A stretch of DNA of 64,000 nucleotides from Candidatus Poribacteria bacterium. GTDB lineage: Bacteria > Poribacteria > WGA-4E > WGA-3G. Position numbers and translations under genes: made by a program. The stretch is from contig CAXXLX010000001.1 of assembly GCA_963665235.2 (NCBI GenBank), positions 3,104,001-3,168,000 of the forward strand, written 5' to 3'. The first letter of the stretch is position 1; every line of letters starts with the position of its first letter. Shown here one piece after another: positions 61,724 to 64,000 of the stretch. The notes beneath the pieces are model-generated. The model searched no databases and was not told the origin of the DNA. It worked only from the letters and a program-made list of their open reading frames with translations.

Positions 61724-62869
61724 ATGAAAATTACAGACGTTAAAACCCTAGTGATGGGGACAAGTTGGCGCAACTTAACCTTCGTTAAAGTTGAAACCGA
61801 TGAAGGTTTGACAGGTATCAGCGAGGTGCGAATGAACAACCGGACGGATGCCCTCGTTGCGTATATTGATGGCGCGAAACGTCGACACATCATCGGCAGC
61901 GACCCGTTCAATACGGAAGACCTCTACCAACGCATGTTCCGAGATGACTACGGACGGGCCGGTGAAATCGTAGCGACCGGCATCAGCGTTGTGGAAATTG
62001 CATGTTGGGATATTATCGGTAAGGCATTGAACCAACCTGTCTATCGCTTGCTCGGTGGAAAGTGCCGAGATGAAATTAAGGCTTATGCAAACGGGTGGTA
62101 TCGTGTCGAACGAACCCCGGCGGAATTTCATGCCGCCGCCAAAAAGGTGCTCGAAAAAGGATATAAAGCACTCAAGTTCGACCCGTTCGGGGCAGGTTAT
62201 TATGAGCTCTCTTACGAGGAAAAGTTGAGATCTGTTTCACTTGTTGAAGCGGTGCGGGATTCTGTCGGGCCCGATGTGGAAATCCTCGTCGAAATGCACG
62301 GTAGGTTCAGTCCTTATACAGCGATAGAGATTGCCGCAGAATTGGAGAAATTTCAACCGAGCTGGGTGGAAGAGCCTGTACCCCCGGATAACATCGCAGC
62401 ACTTGCCAAGGCAGCCGATAAAATTAACCTGCCTGTCGCCACCGGCGAAAGACTTCACAACAAATATGAGTATCGCGAACTGATAAACCTACAGGCAGCC
62501 GATATTCTCCAACCCGATATTACACAAACAGGGGGTTTTTTGGAAACAAAGAAAATCGCCGCAATGGGGGATATGTGTTATATGACTGTGGCACCCCATA
62601 ACGTCGGCGGTACGGTTTCTACTGCAGCTGCTTTACATCTCGCTGCCTGCACAACCAACTTCAAAATCCAGGAGAATTTCAACGACTTTTCTGAAGCATG
62701 GGTTAAGGAGGCAGCGACAGGATGCCCCGAAGTCATCGATGGTTATTTCAGCTTGCCGAACGGGCCCGGGCTCGGCATGGAATTGAATGAAGACCTTATC
62801 GCTGAACATCCCTATCGTGAAGGGTCATTCAACCTTTGGGAAGACGATTGGCACAAACGGGAGTATTAG
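61724..62869 (+). CDS. Enolase-superfamily acid-sugar dehydratase (galactonate dehydratase-like)
   Basis: WDIIGK, YANGW, KFDPF, EMHGR, EEP, TGE, APHN. Confidence 0.88.
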   Translation: MKITDVKTLVMGTSWRNLTFVKVETDEGLTGISEVRMNNRTDALVAYIDGAKRRHIIGSDPFNTEDLYQRMFRDDYGRAGEIVATGISVVEIACWDIIGKALNQPVYRLLGGKCRDEIKAYANGWYRVERTPAEFHAAAKKVLEKGYKALKFDPFGAGYYELSYEEKLRSVSLVEAVRDSVGPDVEILVEMHGRFSPYTAIEIAAELEKFQPSWVEEPVPPDNIAALAKAADKINLPVATGERLHNKYEYRELINLQAADILQPDITQTGGFLETKKIAAMGDMCYMTVAPHNVGGTVSTAAALHLAACTTNFKIQENFNDFSEAWVKEAATGCPEVIDGYFSLPNGPGLGMELNEDLIAEHPYREGSFNLWEDDWHKREY

Positions 62870-62870
62870 A

Positions 62871-63284
62871 ATGAGACAGACAACGGAAATTGAACTTACA
62901 AATTTGGGAGACGTAGTTTTGGCAAACAGAGATATTATTACCCCCGAAGAGGTTCGCAGTGTGGTAGTTGAAGATGCCCTCGTTGATACGGGGGCAACAC
63001 GGTTATCTTTACCGAAACCGATCATTGAACAACTCGGTTTGACCCCCTTCGACACATTGAAAGCGAGAACCTCGAATGGCATCGTAGACCGGACCCTTTA
63101 TTCAGCAGTTCAATTCACTGTATTGGGTCGGACAGGTTCGCTGCCTGTAACGGACCTACCATCGGATGCCCCTGTACTTGTTGGACACATGGTTTTAGAA
63201 CAATTGGACCTCTGTTTAGATATCAGAAAAGGGCTCATCTATAACCCAGAGCACGACAACGAATGGATTGACGAGGCGTGGTAA
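62871..63284 (+). CDS. Retropepsin-like (clan AA) aspartyl protease
   Basis: ALVDTGAT and VLVGHMVLEQLD motifs. Confidence 0.85.
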   Translation: MRQTTEIELTNLGDVVLANRDIITPEEVRSVVVEDALVDTGATRLSLPKPIIEQLGLTPFDTLKARTSNGIVDRTLYSAVQFTVLGRTGSLPVTDLPSDAPVLVGHMVLEQLDLCLDIRKGLIYNPEHDNEWIDEAW

Positions 63285-63287
63285 AAA

Positions 63288-64000
63288 ATGAGTTTTCATT
63301 ATAAAGATGGGTATCTCTACTGTGAAGAGCTGCGAATTAAAGACATCCAGGAAGAGGTGCCCTACAGTCCATTTTATCTCTATAGCCTTGCGCAGCTTGA
63401 GGCGAACTATACCGCATACCAGAAAGCCCTTGAAGGCGTTGACTCAATCATCGGTTATGCGATTAAAGCAAATAACAACCTCCCCCTTCTCAAACGGCTC
63501 AGCGCGCTAGGGAGCGGTGCCGTGCTTGTCAGCGGAAACGAATTGCTGATGTCGCTCGCCGCAGGGTTTGACCTAAAACGCACTATTCTAAACGGCAACG
63601 GGAAAACGTTCGAAGAACTTCGCCTTGCAGTTGAGCACGGCGTGCTTATCAATATCGACAGCGAATTCGATCTGCAGCATATTCAACAGACAGCAAAGCA
63701 GCTTGACACATCCGCCAATGTGTTAATTCGCATCAATCCAGACGTAGACCCGGAGGTGCATCCGTATGTCTCCACAGGCATGAAAAATTCTAAGTTCGGC
63801 ATACGCAATGAACGTTTGGATTGGTTTTTAAACGAAATTCGCAAAGACACGTTGTTAAATTTGGTCGGGGTTCACTGCCACCTCGGGTCGACCATCAAGA
63901 AGGTGCGAATCTTCCGGGATGCTACCGAAATCATGCTCGCCTTCGTCCGTGCTATTCAAGCGGAGGGTTTCTCCTTACGTTATCTGAACATCGGCGGCGG
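63288..64000 (+). CDS. lysA: Diaminopimelate decarboxylase, truncated by the window end
   Basis: Translated by eye: PFYLYS, YAIKAN, VSGNE, RINPDV, SKFG, HCHLGS, LNIGG. Confidence 0.92.
   Translation, partial: MSFHYKDGYLYCEELRIKDIQEEVPYSPFYLYSLAQLEANYTAYQKALEGVDSIIGYAIKANNNLPLLKRLSALGSGAVLVSGNELLMSLAAGFDLKRTILNGNGKTFEELRLAVEHGVLINIDSEFDLQHIQQTAKQLDTSANVLIRINPDVDPEVHPYVSTGMKNSKFGIRNERLDWFLNEIRKDTLLNLVGVHCHLGSTIKKVRIFRDATEIMLAFVRAIQAEGFSLRYLNIGG

Overview
Bacterial chromosomal window, most likely Candidatus Poribacteria or a relative. This is an inference from a LamG protein ending in VEARGKLTTRWGDLK, FGE-fold proteins, trypsin-TPR paralogs, a sulfatase and enolase-superfamily enzymes, and repeat-rich intergenic DNA. 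The backbone is housekeeping and metabolic (TPP enzymes, mtnA, lpxI, pfk, pcrA, gatCA, ctpA, mmsA, lysA). There are two defence blocks. (i) A decayed Type I R-M locus (about 39.0-51.6 kb) holds a broken GHKL-nuclease, an IS607 scar, an intact Septu-like AAA+HNH pair, and an intact IS200/IS605 (tnpA-tnpB) inserted in hsdR. (ii) An intact two-gene short prokaryotic Argonaute operon (55.8-60.0 kb) has a partner with an unusual SIR2-like + HATPase/RecG-C-like + APAZ architecture; this is the best candidate for an uncharacterised system. Other notable items are a cold-shock-domain/Hfq-like fusion, a non-autonomous IS605 derivative that may carry a promoter and omegaRNA directly upstream of a gene, and inverted-repeat-bounded cassettes containing REP-like hairpin arrays that are not CRISPR. 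No rRNA, tRNA or CRISPR was recognised. The ORF track labels 12561..13844 as + but the gene is on the minus strand. All domain calls are by eye from motifs; no searches were run.
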